Shown here: positions 20,137 through 30,170 of the stretch, in pieces | Numbering within the stretch: the stretch's first letter is position 1 | Layout: every line of letters starts with the position of its first letter | The notes under the pieces: generated by a model | What the model saw: the letters and a program-made list of their open reading frames with translations, nothing else | Told to the model about the DNA's origin: nothing | Databases searched by the model: none | Origin: Planctomycetota bacterium | Lineage (GTDB): Bacteria; Planctomycetota; UBA8108; SXIK01 | Assembly (NCBI GenBank): GCA_965223845.1 | Contig: CBDCXR010000004.1 | Location: 5,376,001-5,440,000 of the forward strand | Direction: 5' to 3' | Length of the DNA: 64,000 nucleotides | Program-made: the position numbers and the translations under genes

Positions 20137-21093
20137 ATGCGTGCCCTCTGGCTCGAGGATCGCGGGCTCCGTCTCCGCGAAGATCTCGACGCACCAACTC
20201 CGCCTCCCGGAGAAGCCCTCATCCGAGTCACCCGCGCCGGAATCTGCTCGACCGACCACGGCCTCATCGCGGGTCTCTACCCGTTCGCGGGTGTCCTCGG
20301 CCACGAGTTCGTCGGCGTGGTCGAGTCGGGTTCACCCGCTTGGCGCGGGAAGCGCGTCGTAGGAGAGATCAACGCCGTCTGCGGCCGGTGCGCGCGTTGC
20401 CGGCGTGGATTCGGGAAGCACTGCGCAGAGCGAACCGTCTTCGGCATCGTCGGCCGAAACGGTGCGTTTGCCGAGTACACGACCCTTCCCGAGGAGAATC
20501 TGCACGCGGTTCCGGACGAAGTGAGCGACGCTCAAGCGGTTTTCACCGAGCCACTCGCTGCCGCTCTCGACATTCAGGAACAGATCCGAGTCGGTCCGGA
20601 CGACCGAGTGCTTCTCGTCGGCGACGGCAAGCTCGGCCAGCTCATAGCACAGACGCTCGCTCTCACCGGCTGCGACCTCGTCGTCGTCGGCCGTCACGAG
20701 CGAAAGCTCGATCTCCTCCGCGCGCGCGGAATCGCTACGGTGAACGCGAGCGGAGTCGAGCCGGGCGCGTTCGATATCGCCGTCGAGTGCACCGGGAACG
20801 AACACGGTTTCCACGTCGCGCGGTCGGCGCTCCGACCTCAGGGAACACTCGTTCTCAAGAGCACGTATCCCGGAGAGCTCAAGGTCGACGCGACGATGCT
20901 AGCCGTGGACGAGATCAGGCTCGTCGGTTCGCGCTGCGGCTCGTTCGCACCGGCACTCCGCTTACTCAAGGATCGTCGAGTCGACGTGCTTCCTCTCGAT
21001 GAGGCGTCGTTTCCCCTCAGCGAAGGTCTGGCGGCGATCGAGCGCAGCCGGGAACGCGGCACGCTGAAGATCACGCTGGATACGTCGGTGTAG
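20137..21093 (+). CDS. Zinc-dependent medium-chain alcohol dehydrogenase
   Basis: GICSTD, GHEFVG, CGRCARC...C structural Zn, EPLAA, GDGKLG. Confidence 0.92.
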   Translation: MRALWLEDRGLRLREDLDAPTPPPGEALIRVTRAGICSTDHGLIAGLYPFAGVLGHEFVGVVESGSPAWRGKRVVGEINAVCGRCARCRRGFGKHCAERTVFGIVGRNGAFAEYTTLPEENLHAVPDEVSDAQAVFTEPLAAALDIQEQIRVGPDDRVLLVGDGKLGQLIAQTLALTGCDLVVVGRHERKLDLLRARGIATVNASGVEPGAFDIAVECTGNEHGFHVARSALRPQGTLVLKSTYPGELKVDATMLAVDEIRLVGSRCGSFAPALRLLKDRRVDVLPLDEASFPLSEGLAAIERSRERGTLKITLDTSV

Positions 21094-21193
21094 GAGTGAT
21101 GTCCACCGAGAGAGAGCCTCACTCGATAAGCGCGAACAATGACGACGAAGAGTGAACTCGAAGTGTGAGTGCTCCAGGTGTGAGAGGGTGCCG

Positions 21194-24112
21194 ATGACTT
21201 GGCGCGATCGCACTCGACCCTACGACTCAGGATCCGTGCTATCGAACGCCGCGGCGACACGAGGATGCTTCGACCGGCGCTCCGCGCCCGCGTTCATCGT
21301 CGGCCTCGCGTTCGTATTCGCGTTCGGCGCCAGGGCGCTCGCGACTCCTCCGAGTGAGCTCCGCGAGCTCGGTCGCGTCGTGGTGGCCTCGCTCGAAAAC
21401 GAGACGGTCGGCGAAATCCATCTCGTCGTCTCCGAGCGTACCCTCGCCGGGAATCGCGGGATGCGCCGCGCCGCGCGAGTCACCGCTCGGACCGAGTCCG
21501 GAGAATTCCTCGACGGTTCCGGACGCGGGCTCTACGCGGACGGCCGCTTTTTCATCGACGGCGAGTGCACGCTGCGCGCCCCGCCCGGAAAGGTGCGGCT
21601 GTCGATTCGCACGGGGCCCGAGCACGTCCCTCTCGACGCGGAGGTCACGGCGACGCGAGGAGATCGAGTTTACGTCGAAGCGCTCCTCTCGCGCTGGATC
21701 TCGCTCCGTGATCGCGGCTGGTACGACGGTGACAACCATGTCCACGCGCAGCACGATCGGAACGCAGCGGTTCGGACGAGCCTCGAATTCGCGGCGCTTC
21801 AAGCTCGCGCGGGGGGACTCGCGTACATCACGGAAGCCGGATCCCATCTTTCCTACGCGAACGCGGCATCTCTCTCGCGCCCCGACTTTCTCTTCGGGAG
21901 CGCGAACGAGCTCCGGCCCGGGTGTTTCGCCGGCCATCTCAACACCCCTGGCATCGCGCGCGCGGTCGACGCGGAGACGCTTCGACACGCGGAGACATCG
22001 CCGCTTCCGATCGGAGCGCTTCTCGATCCCGTCCACTCCCTCGGCGGCGCCGTGATCCACACGCACCTCATGGTCCCGCCGCACCAGCTTCACTGGATGG
22101 GAGCGACGGAGCTTCTCTCCGGTACCGTGCTCGGACGCACGGCCGACGCCGTCGATCTCGACTTCGACGGCACGCGACTCCTCTGGTTCGCCGCGCTCAA
22201 TCTCGGTAGTCGCATCGCCGCGAGCGCGTCGACCGACTGCGCGCTCGGGCGGAGACGGACACCGTCGCCGGGCGATCGGCGGGTCTACGCTCGCAGTGGC
22301 GTTCTCTCCCTCGCGGCGATCGCGCGCGCGCTTCGAGCGGGACGTTCCGTCGCAACGAGCGGCGGCCCGCTCTTCGCCGAGCTGTCGGTCGACGGACAGG
22401 GCCCGGGAGGAACGACGACCGCCGGTGCCACACCGCACGAGGTCGAAGCGCGGCTGGACAGCCTGCACCAGCTCCGATTCGCGACACTCTACTGGCGTGG
22501 GCAACCGGTCGCGGAGCTCGACGTGAACGGTGAGCGCGGAACGGTTGACCGTCGCGCTCGCGTCGAGGCGCGCGATGCGAACGCAGACGGCTGGTTCGTC
22601 CTCCACGCCGAAGATGAACGCGGGGATTGGGTGCTGACGAGCCCGGTCTACGTGAAAGGCGCGGCGACTCCGCCCGGTCGAGAGAATGAACATCTTTCGC
22701 CGGCACTCGCTCTCATCGAGATCAGCAATGCGACGCGCTTCATCGAGCTCCGGCGCGAGTTTTTCGCCCACGCGATCGTGACCGTGAGAGAGAACGAATC
22801 CCTCGATCGAGCCGAGCTTCTTCGCGATGGCGCTTCCGTCCGAGTGATTCGTGCCGCGAACGGCGACGAGCGCGCCGGGGGACGCGTTCCCGTCACGGAG
22901 CTCCGCGGCGAGTACGCGCCGGGTTGGATCTGGCATCCAGAACCCGCGCGCGCGCAGCACGTCGCGGCCGATTGGCGAATCGATGCGAGCGGCTGGTACG
23001 CCGTCCGGGCGACGACGCGCGCCGGACGCACCGTCGAGAGCGACGCCGTCTACTTCGACGCCGAGCACGAAACGAGCCACGCTCTCTCCGCGGCGACACT
23101 TTCCGGCGGCGACACGGAGTTTCGCTGGTGGGGATACGGGGAAGAGATGCCGCTCGATGCGATCGAGCTCCCGTTCGAAGGCGACCGTTGGTGGTTTCCG
23201 AAGAACACCGCCTGGCGCGTCGAGGCGCGCTTCGGCTCGCACTCCCCGCAAACCGGCGGCGGCCCCAACCAGTCCGCGCTTCGCCTCTTTCGGCGGCGCG
23301 GAAACGCCGCGCCCGCTCCCCCGCAGCGGCGGACTTCGCTTCTCGCCGGCCCGGCACTCGACGAGTTCTACAGTTGGCTCCATGCGAGTCATCATCGCGA
23401 CCCGGAGCGCGTCTTTGCTTCTCGCAACGGACGGCTTCGCATCTCGGGCGAAGGCTTCGGCTACCTCGGCACGCGCCGTGCGTATCGAGACTACCGCCTG
23501 ACTCTCGAGTACCGCTGGGGTGATCGGAACTGGCGGTCCCGCAGCGGCAAGGCTCGCGATGCGGGTGTGTTTCTCCACGCGGTCGGGCCGGACGGAAACA
23601 GCCACGACGGCGACGGTGCGTTCCGTTCGGCGATCGAGTGTCAGATCATGGAGGGCGCGACTGGTGACTTGATGCTGATTCGCGGGGACGACGAGCGCGG
23701 CGACTTGATCCCGCTCGCGCTCACCGCCGAGGTCCGCGCCGCGCCCGACAGCGACGGCTGGCCCTACTGGGAAGACGGCGGAACCGAGCGGACGATCGAG
23801 ACGTGGGGTCGACTGAACTGGTTCGGAAAGGATCCCGCTTGGGAGGATCGATTCGGGTTCCGCGGGGCCGACGATCGCGAAAGCCCGGCGGGAGAGTGGA
23901 CGCGGCTCGAGATCACCTGCGCCGAACGAACGATCGAGGTACGGGTGAACGGCGCGGTGGTCAATCGAGCGACGAACGTCGTACCGAGCGCGGGGCAGAT
24001 CCTCCTTCAGTGTGAGGGATCGGAGATCGAGTTTCGTCGAATCGACATCGAGCCGCTACGAGCGCGCTCCGGGGGGATCCTGAAGTCGAACGAGACCCGA
24101 GAGTCGCACTGA
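21194..24112 (+). CDS. Secreted CehA/McbA-like PHP-fold metallohydrolase fused to a C-terminal DUF1080 (3-keto-disaccharide hydrolase-like) domain
   Basis: GWYDGDNHVH, GHLN, IHTH, ASASTD, GRSVATSGGP; C-terminal YRDYRLTLEYRWG...DAGV...IECQIMEGATGD...GEWT...GQILLQCEGSEIEFR; start uncertain (21194 or 21236). Confidence 0.75.
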   Translation: MTWRDRTRPYDSGSVLSNAAATRGCFDRRSAPAFIVGLAFVFAFGARALATPPSELRELGRVVVASLENETVGEIHLVVSERTLAGNRGMRRAARVTARTESGEFLDGSGRGLYADGRFFIDGECTLRAPPGKVRLSIRTGPEHVPLDAEVTATRGDRVYVEALLSRWISLRDRGWYDGDNHVHAQHDRNAAVRTSLEFAALQARAGGLAYITEAGSHLSYANAASLSRPDFLFGSANELRPGCFAGHLNTPGIARAVDAETLRHAETSPLPIGALLDPVHSLGGAVIHTHLMVPPHQLHWMGATELLSGTVLGRTADAVDLDFDGTRLLWFAALNLGSRIAASASTDCALGRRRTPSPGDRRVYARSGVLSLAAIARALRAGRSVATSGGPLFAELSVDGQGPGGTTTAGATPHEVEARLDSLHQLRFATLYWRGQPVAELDVNGERGTVDRRARVEARDANADGWFVLHAEDERGDWVLTSPVYVKGAATPPGRENEHLSPALALIEISNATRFIELRREFFAHAIVTVRENESLDRAELLRDGASVRVIRAANGDERAGGRVPVTELRGEYAPGWIWHPEPARAQHVAADWRIDASGWYAVRATTRAGRTVESDAVYFDAEHETSHALSAATLSGGDTEFRWWGYGEEMPLDAIELPFEGDRWWFPKNTAWRVEARFGSHSPQTGGGPNQSALRLFRRRGNAAPAPPQRRTSLLAGPALDEFYSWLHASHHRDPERVFASRNGRLRISGEGFGYLGTRRAYRDYRLTLEYRWGDRNWRSRSGKARDAGVFLHAVGPDGNSHDGDGAFRSAIECQIMEGATGDLMLIRGDDERGDLIPLALTAEVRAAPDSDGWPYWEDGGTERTIETWGRLNWFGKDPAWEDRFGFRGADDRESPAGEWTRLEITCAERTIEVRVNGAVVNRATNVVPSAGQILLQCEGSEIEFRRIDIEPLRARSGGILKSNETRESH

Positions 24113-24162
24113 GCGCGCCGCCAGACGCCCCGTCTCCGTCCGCGCGGTTCGCGTCGACGCCG

Positions 24163-25179
24163 CTAAAACGCCCGCAGCTTCCGCCGCTTTGGAACGGTCC
24201 AGATGCGAATCGCCGATTCCTCCCGCGATTGGAGACCGACCGCAAGTCGTCGCCCGTCGGGTGAAAAGGAGATCGACCAGACCGGCGCGCCGAGGACGCC
24301 GGAATCGGCGTAGGGAACATCGCCGGCGAGCGACCAGAGCTTCACCCGACCGTCGAGACTGCCACTCGCGAGTGCAGTCCCGTCGGGGGTGAAGGCGATG
24401 GAGGTTACCCAATCGATGTGCCCACGCCGAGAGCTCGCGCGAAGTGAGTTCCAGTCGTCGCCCGTCCAAGTGCGAATGGATCCGTCGACGCCGGCCGACG
24501 CGATCGTCCGGCCGCCGGGCGCCATCGCCACCGCCATGACGGCGCCGTCGTGGCCAACGAGCTTGTTCACGAGGGATTTGCGCTCGATGCTCCACACGCG
24601 AACGATACCGTCTGCCCCGCCCGAGACGAGATGCTCTCCGTCGGGCGAAAACGCGACGCTTCGAACGGCGCCGACGTGATCGCGGAGCTCGAATTCCACC
24701 TCGCCCGTCGTGACGCTCACGATGCGAATCACGCCGTCTTCGCTCGCCGCTGCGATGCTCTCCCCGTTCGGTGAGAATTCGGCGTCGAGCGTCCAGCGCT
24801 CGGGACCCGTGATCGTCGCCTCCAGCTTTCGATCGGCAACCGACCAGATGTGCACGGCGCCGTCGTAGGCAGATGCGGCGAGCTTGTCCCCGGCCGGCGA
24901 GAGCGCTACGGACCAGACCGAAGCTCGCGTCCCCTCGAAACCCTCGGCCTCCTCCTCGGAATCGAGCGGCCAAAGCCGCACCGTCCCCGGCCGGTGAAGG
25001 AGCGTGTCGCCGCCGCCGAAGGCCAGCCGGTCGCCGCTTCGACTAAACGCGACCGAAGTCACCCAGCGGAGCTCGTCGTCGAGCTCTCGCCACTCGGCAT
25101 CCGCTCGGGCGTCGGCAAACACCGACGCAGCGACGAAGGGAACTACGAGTAGAGCGGAACGAATCGCCGAGTGCAGCAT
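24163..25179 (-). CDS. Secreted WD40-repeat beta-propeller protein
   Basis: About 7 repeats of V.SVAFSPDG...ASG..DG.VR.W; N-terminal signal peptide. Confidence 0.9.
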   Translation of the reverse strand: MLHSAIRSALLVVPFVAASVFADARADAEWRELDDELRWVTSVAFSRSGDRLAFGGGDTLLHRPGTVRLWPLDSEEEAEGFEGTRASVWSVALSPAGDKLAASAYDGAVHIWSVADRKLEATITGPERWTLDAEFSPNGESIAAASEDGVIRIVSVTTGEVEFELRDHVGAVRSVAFSPDGEHLVSGGADGIVRVWSIERKSLVNKLVGHDGAVMAVAMAPGGRTIASAGVDGSIRTWTGDDWNSLRASSRRGHIDWVTSIAFTPDGTALASGSLDGRVKLWSLAGDVPYADSGVLGAPVWSISFSPDGRRLAVGLQSREESAIRIWTVPKRRKLRAF

Positions 25180-25347
25180 GAAACCGACTCCGCAGATCAT
25201 CTCGGGCGAGCTCGATCGCGCGGGGCGACGAGCAGGCCGCGTGGAACGCGAATACACTGAGCTTGGAACGCATTCATTCTATCCGCTACCCGTCGTGACG
25301 GCACCACTCGCTCCCTTTCGCGGAAGAGTCTTGCTATTCTCACCGCC

Positions 25348-26025
25348 ATGAAACGAGTCGAAAAAGCAGAGCGCGTCCGAACGCAGCTCGAGACGCTCTA
25401 TCCGGATCCTCCGATCCCGCTTCGGCATCGCGACCCGTACACTCTCCTCATCGCGGTACTCCTCTCGGCGCAGACGACGGACGAACGCGTCAACAAGGTG
25501 ACGCCAGCCCTGTTTCGCCGCGCCGCCACGCCGCGCGCGATGGCTCAGCTTTCGGTCGACGAGATCCGCGAATCCATCCGCACTTGCGGGCTCGCACCCG
25601 CGAAGGCGAAGTCGATTCAGCGCTTGTCGGAGATCCTCGTCGAGGAACACGGCGGAAAGGTCCCGGAGAGCTTCGATGCGCTCGAAGCGCTTCCCGGAGT
25701 CGGCCACAAGACCGCGAGCGTCGTGATGGCACAGGCCTTCGGTCATCCCGCGTTTCCGGTCGATACGCACATCCACCGCCTCGCTGCGCGCTGGGGCCTC
25801 TCGAACGGGCACTCGGTCGAGCGCACGGAACGCGATCTCAAGGCGAGCTTTCCGAAGGAGTGCTGGAACAAGCTGCACCTCCAAATGATCTACTTCGGCC
25901 GCGAGCACTGTCCCGCCCAGCGCCACGATCTCACGATGTGTCCCATCTGCTCGTGGGCCGCGTCCAAAAAGCGAATCCGGGAGGAAGCGGCGAAGAGGAC
26001 CCGGCGGGCGCATGCCGCCCGTTGA
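25348..26025 (+). CDS. nth: Endonuclease III
   Basis: LLIAVLLSAQTTD, HhH LPGVGHKTA, VDTHI, C-terminal Cys cluster. Confidence 0.95.
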   Translation: MKRVEKAERVRTQLETLYPDPPIPLRHRDPYTLLIAVLLSAQTTDERVNKVTPALFRRAATPRAMAQLSVDEIRESIRTCGLAPAKAKSIQRLSEILVEEHGGKVPESFDALEALPGVGHKTASVVMAQAFGHPAFPVDTHIHRLAARWGLSNGHSVERTERDLKASFPKECWNKLHLQMIYFGREHCPAQRHDLTMCPICSWAASKKRIREEAAKRTRRAHAAR

Positions 26026-26135
26026 CGCGCGCGATCGGACGCGCCGACACTCGACGCTCGAGTGGACTCTCGCGATGATCCCGTCGAGACGACCGGTAAC
26101 GCAGTCCGAAGGGGAAGCTTGGGTATACTCCTTCC

Positions 26136-28274
26136 ATGCTGAGCAAGATCGCGTTGTGGCTCGTCATCATGCTGCTCCTCGTTGCGCTCTCGTCGGTCCA
26201 TCTCTTGGACGGCACGAGCCCGATCTGGGATCGTCCCGAAGACACCGAGGCGCTCGAGTACGGTAGCGAAGCGACACGAAACGCGACGATCGATCGACTC
26301 CTCGAGGAGCTCCGCGCGGCCGGTGACGACTGGGACGAAGGTCAAGCGTGGGCGATCACGGGCGTGTTCGTCTCCGCACGTCTGCCGTCGAGCGCTCGCT
26401 CTCGGATCCTCGCGGAGTACGCCCGACTCATTCCGAACGACGCCGCGCATCCTCTCGTCTCTCCCTTTCTCTGGTGTGCAGACGAGATGAGCTCGGATGC
26501 GAAACCTGCGCTCCCGGCTCTCCATCGCATCGCCGGCGCAGCCCCCCCACCCGATCCGGGCGACGTCGAACGAGACGACGAAGCTGCCACGATCGCGCGC
26601 GATCTCATCGACCGCATCGAGCGAGGAGAGGAGTCCCCCGGCGTCAACGAACGCGTTTCGCTTCACCGCTTCGTCATGCGCAGTGCGCTCGTGCTCACTC
26701 CCTTCGTCGGCGCCGCCATCGCGTTCTGGCGGGCGAAGCGACGACGAACGGGAGAGACAGAAGAGGATCGACGCCGCTACTGGCGCTGGCGTGGCCTCTC
26801 GTCGGCGCTGCTCTGGATCTCGGCCGTCGGTCTTCCGCTCACGTTCCTTTCCCCTCGAGTTGACGACTCATCCTGGCCGCTCGCGCTCGCGGGTGCTTTT
26901 GCGGGGCTCGTCGCGCTCGACTTCCTCTTCACCGCGTTTCTCTGCCATCTCGACGGGAAGTGGAGGGGGCTCAAAGGGTCAGGGTGGAAGAATTCGCTCC
27001 CCCAAATCTGGCTTCTTCTTCACGGCCTGCCCACACTCGCGGGTTTCGCGTTTCTCGCCGTCGGCCTCCTCTCGATCGGAGAAGACGCCGCGCTCAACCC
27101 GCGGTGGATTCCCATCGCGGCGTTCGCAGTTTTCATCGCGGGATGGCTGATCTGGCCGGGGCCGCTCCGGCGTGCACTCGGCTTCCTCGAGGCCCCCGCG
27201 ACGGAGAAGCTACGCTCGGTCGCTTCTCGTCACGAAGGACGGTTCAGCTCCGTCACCATCCTCCCCGCGTACGACTCGCGCTTCGCCAACGCGTTCGCGA
27301 TGCCCGGGAAGAGCCTCGTCTTCACCGACTGCATCGTCGACGCATGTGACGAAGCCGAGCTCGACGGAATCTTTTGTCACGAGCTCGGTCACCTGGAACG
27401 TCCGGCCGAAGCGCGCTGGCGCAAGGTCTTCGCCACCTCGATCCCGATCGTTCTCGTCGCGTCGGCCTCGATTCTGCCGTGGTGCTATTCGTGGCTCGGT
27501 CCAGTGCGGGCGGTCCATTCACTTCTCCCGCACGGCTGCGCGGTCGCCGCGATCGCTGCGTTCCTCGCCATCGGAGTCGCGTACCAACGAATGAGCCGCC
27601 GCTGGGAGGTTCACGCCGACTCGTACGCGATCGAGCACTGCCGCGATCCCGAGGCTCTCGCCCGCGCGCTCGTCAAGGTCCACGATCTTCTCGAGTTGCC
27701 GCGAGAGTTCCATCCGGACGGACGCGAGACCGAAACCCATCCGAGTCTTCGAAGACGGCTCGCGGCGATCTACGAACATCCGCGTCTCGAAGGGAAGGCG
27801 AACCCGTACGACGAGAGCTCGCGGGAACGCGATCCACGACGCGTCTCTCTCGAGCTCCATCCGGAGAAGCTCGCGATCGTACTGCTCCCGGCCGACGCCG
27901 AAACGCCGCCGTGGGCCGAGAACGGCGCGTTCACGTCGGTCACCCGCACGTCCCGCGAGCTCAGCATCGTTTGCTCAGCGAACCTCGTCCCGCGCGAGCT
28001 CCAGAGCGAGCGAGAGTGGCGCCGCTTCGAGATCGCCGGCGATCTCGACTTCGACGAGATCGGAATCCTCGCGTCGCTCACCGAGCCGCTCGCGGACGGC
28101 GGAGTGAGCGTGTTCGCCGTATCGACTTTTCGCACGGACTCGATCCTTGTCCCCGCCGCCGACGTCGACCGCGCCGCCGAGCTCCTCACCGCCGCCGGAC
28201 ATCGAGTGGAGGCGTCGACGGACTCCGGCGACGTCGCGGCGACTTCATCTTCGAGCGGCCGAACGCGCGACTAG
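26136..28274 (+). CDS. Membrane M48/HtpX-like zinc metallopeptidase fused to a C-terminal CASTOR-like tandem ACT module
   Basis: ANAFA, CHELGH (HExxH), EVHAD, THPS..RRL; C-terminal TRTSRELSIVC...LDFDEIGILA...FAVSTFRTDSILV. Confidence 0.8.
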   Translation: MLSKIALWLVIMLLLVALSSVHLLDGTSPIWDRPEDTEALEYGSEATRNATIDRLLEELRAAGDDWDEGQAWAITGVFVSARLPSSARSRILAEYARLIPNDAAHPLVSPFLWCADEMSSDAKPALPALHRIAGAAPPPDPGDVERDDEAATIARDLIDRIERGEESPGVNERVSLHRFVMRSALVLTPFVGAAIAFWRAKRRRTGETEEDRRRYWRWRGLSSALLWISAVGLPLTFLSPRVDDSSWPLALAGAFAGLVALDFLFTAFLCHLDGKWRGLKGSGWKNSLPQIWLLLHGLPTLAGFAFLAVGLLSIGEDAALNPRWIPIAAFAVFIAGWLIWPGPLRRALGFLEAPATEKLRSVASRHEGRFSSVTILPAYDSRFANAFAMPGKSLVFTDCIVDACDEAELDGIFCHELGHLERPAEARWRKVFATSIPIVLVASASILPWCYSWLGPVRAVHSLLPHGCAVAAIAAFLAIGVAYQRMSRRWEVHADSYAIEHCRDPEALARALVKVHDLLELPREFHPDGRETETHPSLRRRLAAIYEHPRLEGKANPYDESSRERDPRRVSLELHPEKLAIVLLPADAETPPWAENGAFTSVTRTSRELSIVCSANLVPRELQSEREWRRFEIAGDLDFDEIGILASLTEPLADGGVSVFAVSTFRTDSILVPAADVDRAAELLTAAGHRVEASTDSGDVAATSSSSGRTRD

Positions 28275-28368
28275 GCGCGTCGAGCAGTTTCCGACCTGAC
28301 GCAAGTCTCGAAGTCTCTTAGACTGTTCGCGACTCCCTGGTTCTCTCTCCTTCGGACGAGGTACACCC

Positions 28369-29406
28369 ATGAAAACGCCGTTCGCCGCCGCGATTCTTCT
28401 CGTTTCGCTTGCCCTCGCCGCTCCCGCGTCTTTCGCGCAAATCCCAGATCCCGCTCCCGAAATCGAACGATTCGATCGCTATCTCGGAAACTGGGAGGGA
28501 GCGGGGACCTCGAAAGAGCTACCGGATTCGCCTCCTCGCTCGTGGACCGCAGTCTCTTCCGTGAAGAAGGTGGCCGAAGGATTCGCGATTCAGGAAGACA
28601 CGACGATCGATTTCGGTGGCCCCGCATCGTTTCTCGTTCGCAATCTTTATTGCTGGGAGATGGAGAACAAGCGCCTCACGAAGTTTTCGGTCACAAACGC
28701 GGACTTTGGAGGCTACGAGCCGATGTACTGGGTCGGTGAGAACCGGCTTACCGGCTCCGTCTCTCGTCTCGTCCAAGGGATTCCCGTCGCTCAACGCTGG
28801 GTGATCGATTTCGCGACGGACAGCTACACGATCCGCATCGATCGATCGATCGCCGGCGGTCCGTTCTTCACGTACGTCGACGGTGAGTTTCATCGCGGCG
28901 GCGAGGGGACGTCGCACGCCGACTCCGGCGGGGAAGTTCTTCTCCCCGCACCGAGAGAGATGGCCGTCACCGCTCCCGCGGCCGGCCGGTGGAAGTTCCG
29001 GGGCAAGTACAGTCCCATGCCAGGAATCCCCGGAATCGACATCTCCGGGCGAAGTACGACGGCGAACATCTTGGGCGGTCATTGCCAGTTCACCGTGATC
29101 GAGGGCGCACCGACTCCGCCGCGCTCCTATCGGGGACTCACGATCGTCGCGTGGGATGCCGAGATCCGACGGTACGCCTCCCTGAACGTCGACAACTTCG
29201 GCGCGGCGAACGTCGAAACCGCGCTTCAGACGGGTGCGCGGCAGCTGACGTATACGGGAACGGCGAGCTTTCAGGGGACGCCGATGGCGACGCGCAGCAT
29301 CGTCGCATGGTCGAGCGACGGAAACCGCGCCGAGGTCGTGGGCCATCGCGCGTTCGGCACGGACGAGCCGGACCAGTTCTTCACGCTGACGCAAGAGCGC
29401 GAGTAG
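28369..29406 (+). CDS. Secreted protein with two DUF1579-like beta-barrel repeats
   Basis: Signal peptide (ASFA|Q); internal repeat P.PE..RF..YLGNWEG / PAPREM...AAGRWKF, each followed by a W[DE]...[KR]R segment. Confidence 0.6.
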   Translation: MKTPFAAAILLVSLALAAPASFAQIPDPAPEIERFDRYLGNWEGAGTSKELPDSPPRSWTAVSSVKKVAEGFAIQEDTTIDFGGPASFLVRNLYCWEMENKRLTKFSVTNADFGGYEPMYWVGENRLTGSVSRLVQGIPVAQRWVIDFATDSYTIRIDRSIAGGPFFTYVDGEFHRGGEGTSHADSGGEVLLPAPREMAVTAPAAGRWKFRGKYSPMPGIPGIDISGRSTTANILGGHCQFTVIEGAPTPPRSYRGLTIVAWDAEIRRYASLNVDNFGAANVETALQTGARQLTYTGTASFQGTPMATRSIVAWSSDGNRAEVVGHRAFGTDEPDQFFTLTQERE

Positions 29407-29467
29407 GAGAAGCGACCGACCACGAAGGGTTCGGTCGGACGACCCGCGGATTTGTGCCGAGATCGGA

Positions 29468-30061
29468 TCAGCGCAAACCGGCGAATCGGCGAATCTCGTC
29501 GAGAAACCCACGACAGTCAGCGCGCGTCGAGAGTTGAGATTCCTGAGCTACCGGAAGAGCGGGAAACGCGTCGCGGAGCATCGCGGCGAACAGCCCGTCT
29601 CCCGGTTGAGCGGCATCGGCGTCGGCCTCCGGTTTCCGTCGGGGCGCGCTCCCGACGCCGCAGCTAGGAGATCGACTCTTGAAGATGTAGCCGCTGATCG
29701 ACATGGCTCTCAGCCTCTCGATCTGGCGCTCACCCCAGTCGACGAGCGCGCACGTCCAGTCGTTCCCCGTCTCTTTTTCGACGACCCGAACTCCCCACCG
29801 CGTGCCGCGATCGACGAGGAGCTCGATCGGCTCACGCGGCGTCGTCATCCCAGCTCCGACCTCCGGGCAAAGCCGTTCCCACTCGACATATGGACCGATC
29901 TCGCGGAGAACGAGATCACAGCGCTTGTGTGCGCCGTCGTAACGGACGCAAGCGCCGGAGAGGCAATCCGAAATCGCGACTCGCGGCTTGTTCGGCGATT
30001 CCACTTCTCGAGCTCTCGCTGTTCCTTCACGTCGGTTTCGCTCGATCGACGAGCCTCCCAT
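29468..30061 (-). CDS. DUF523 family (2-thiouracil desulfurase-like) Fe-S protein
   Basis: ISDCLSG..VRYDG, CPEVGAGM.TPRE, FKSRSPSCG, GLFA. Confidence 0.88.
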   Translation of the reverse strand: MGGSSIERNRREGTARAREVESPNKPRVAISDCLSGACVRYDGAHKRCDLVLREIGPYVEWERLCPEVGAGMTTPREPIELLVDRGTRWGVRVVEKETGNDWTCALVDWGERQIERLRAMSISGYIFKSRSPSCGVGSAPRRKPEADADAAQPGDGLFAAMLRDAFPALPVAQESQLSTRADCRGFLDEIRRFAGLR

Positions 30062-30170
30062 TCTGTCATGGTCCCGTGCTCGTGTCGCGGCTCTCGTTCT
30101 TCTCGCCCTTCCGCACGATCGTTCGGTTAGACTCGTCGGCAGAACCGCAGTTTCGAACGAGGACTCTCCG

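Noticed and set aside
21099-21155. 18-codon ORF after the dehydrogenase gene
   Set aside because: The GGAG lies only 2 nt from the ATG and the peptide has no features; unsupported.
25900-25960. Nth C-terminal cluster shows only three Cys (C-x9-C-x2-C)
   Set aside because: I recall such variants in other bacterial Nth proteins; the catalytic Lys and Asp are intact, so it is neither a pseudogene nor novel.
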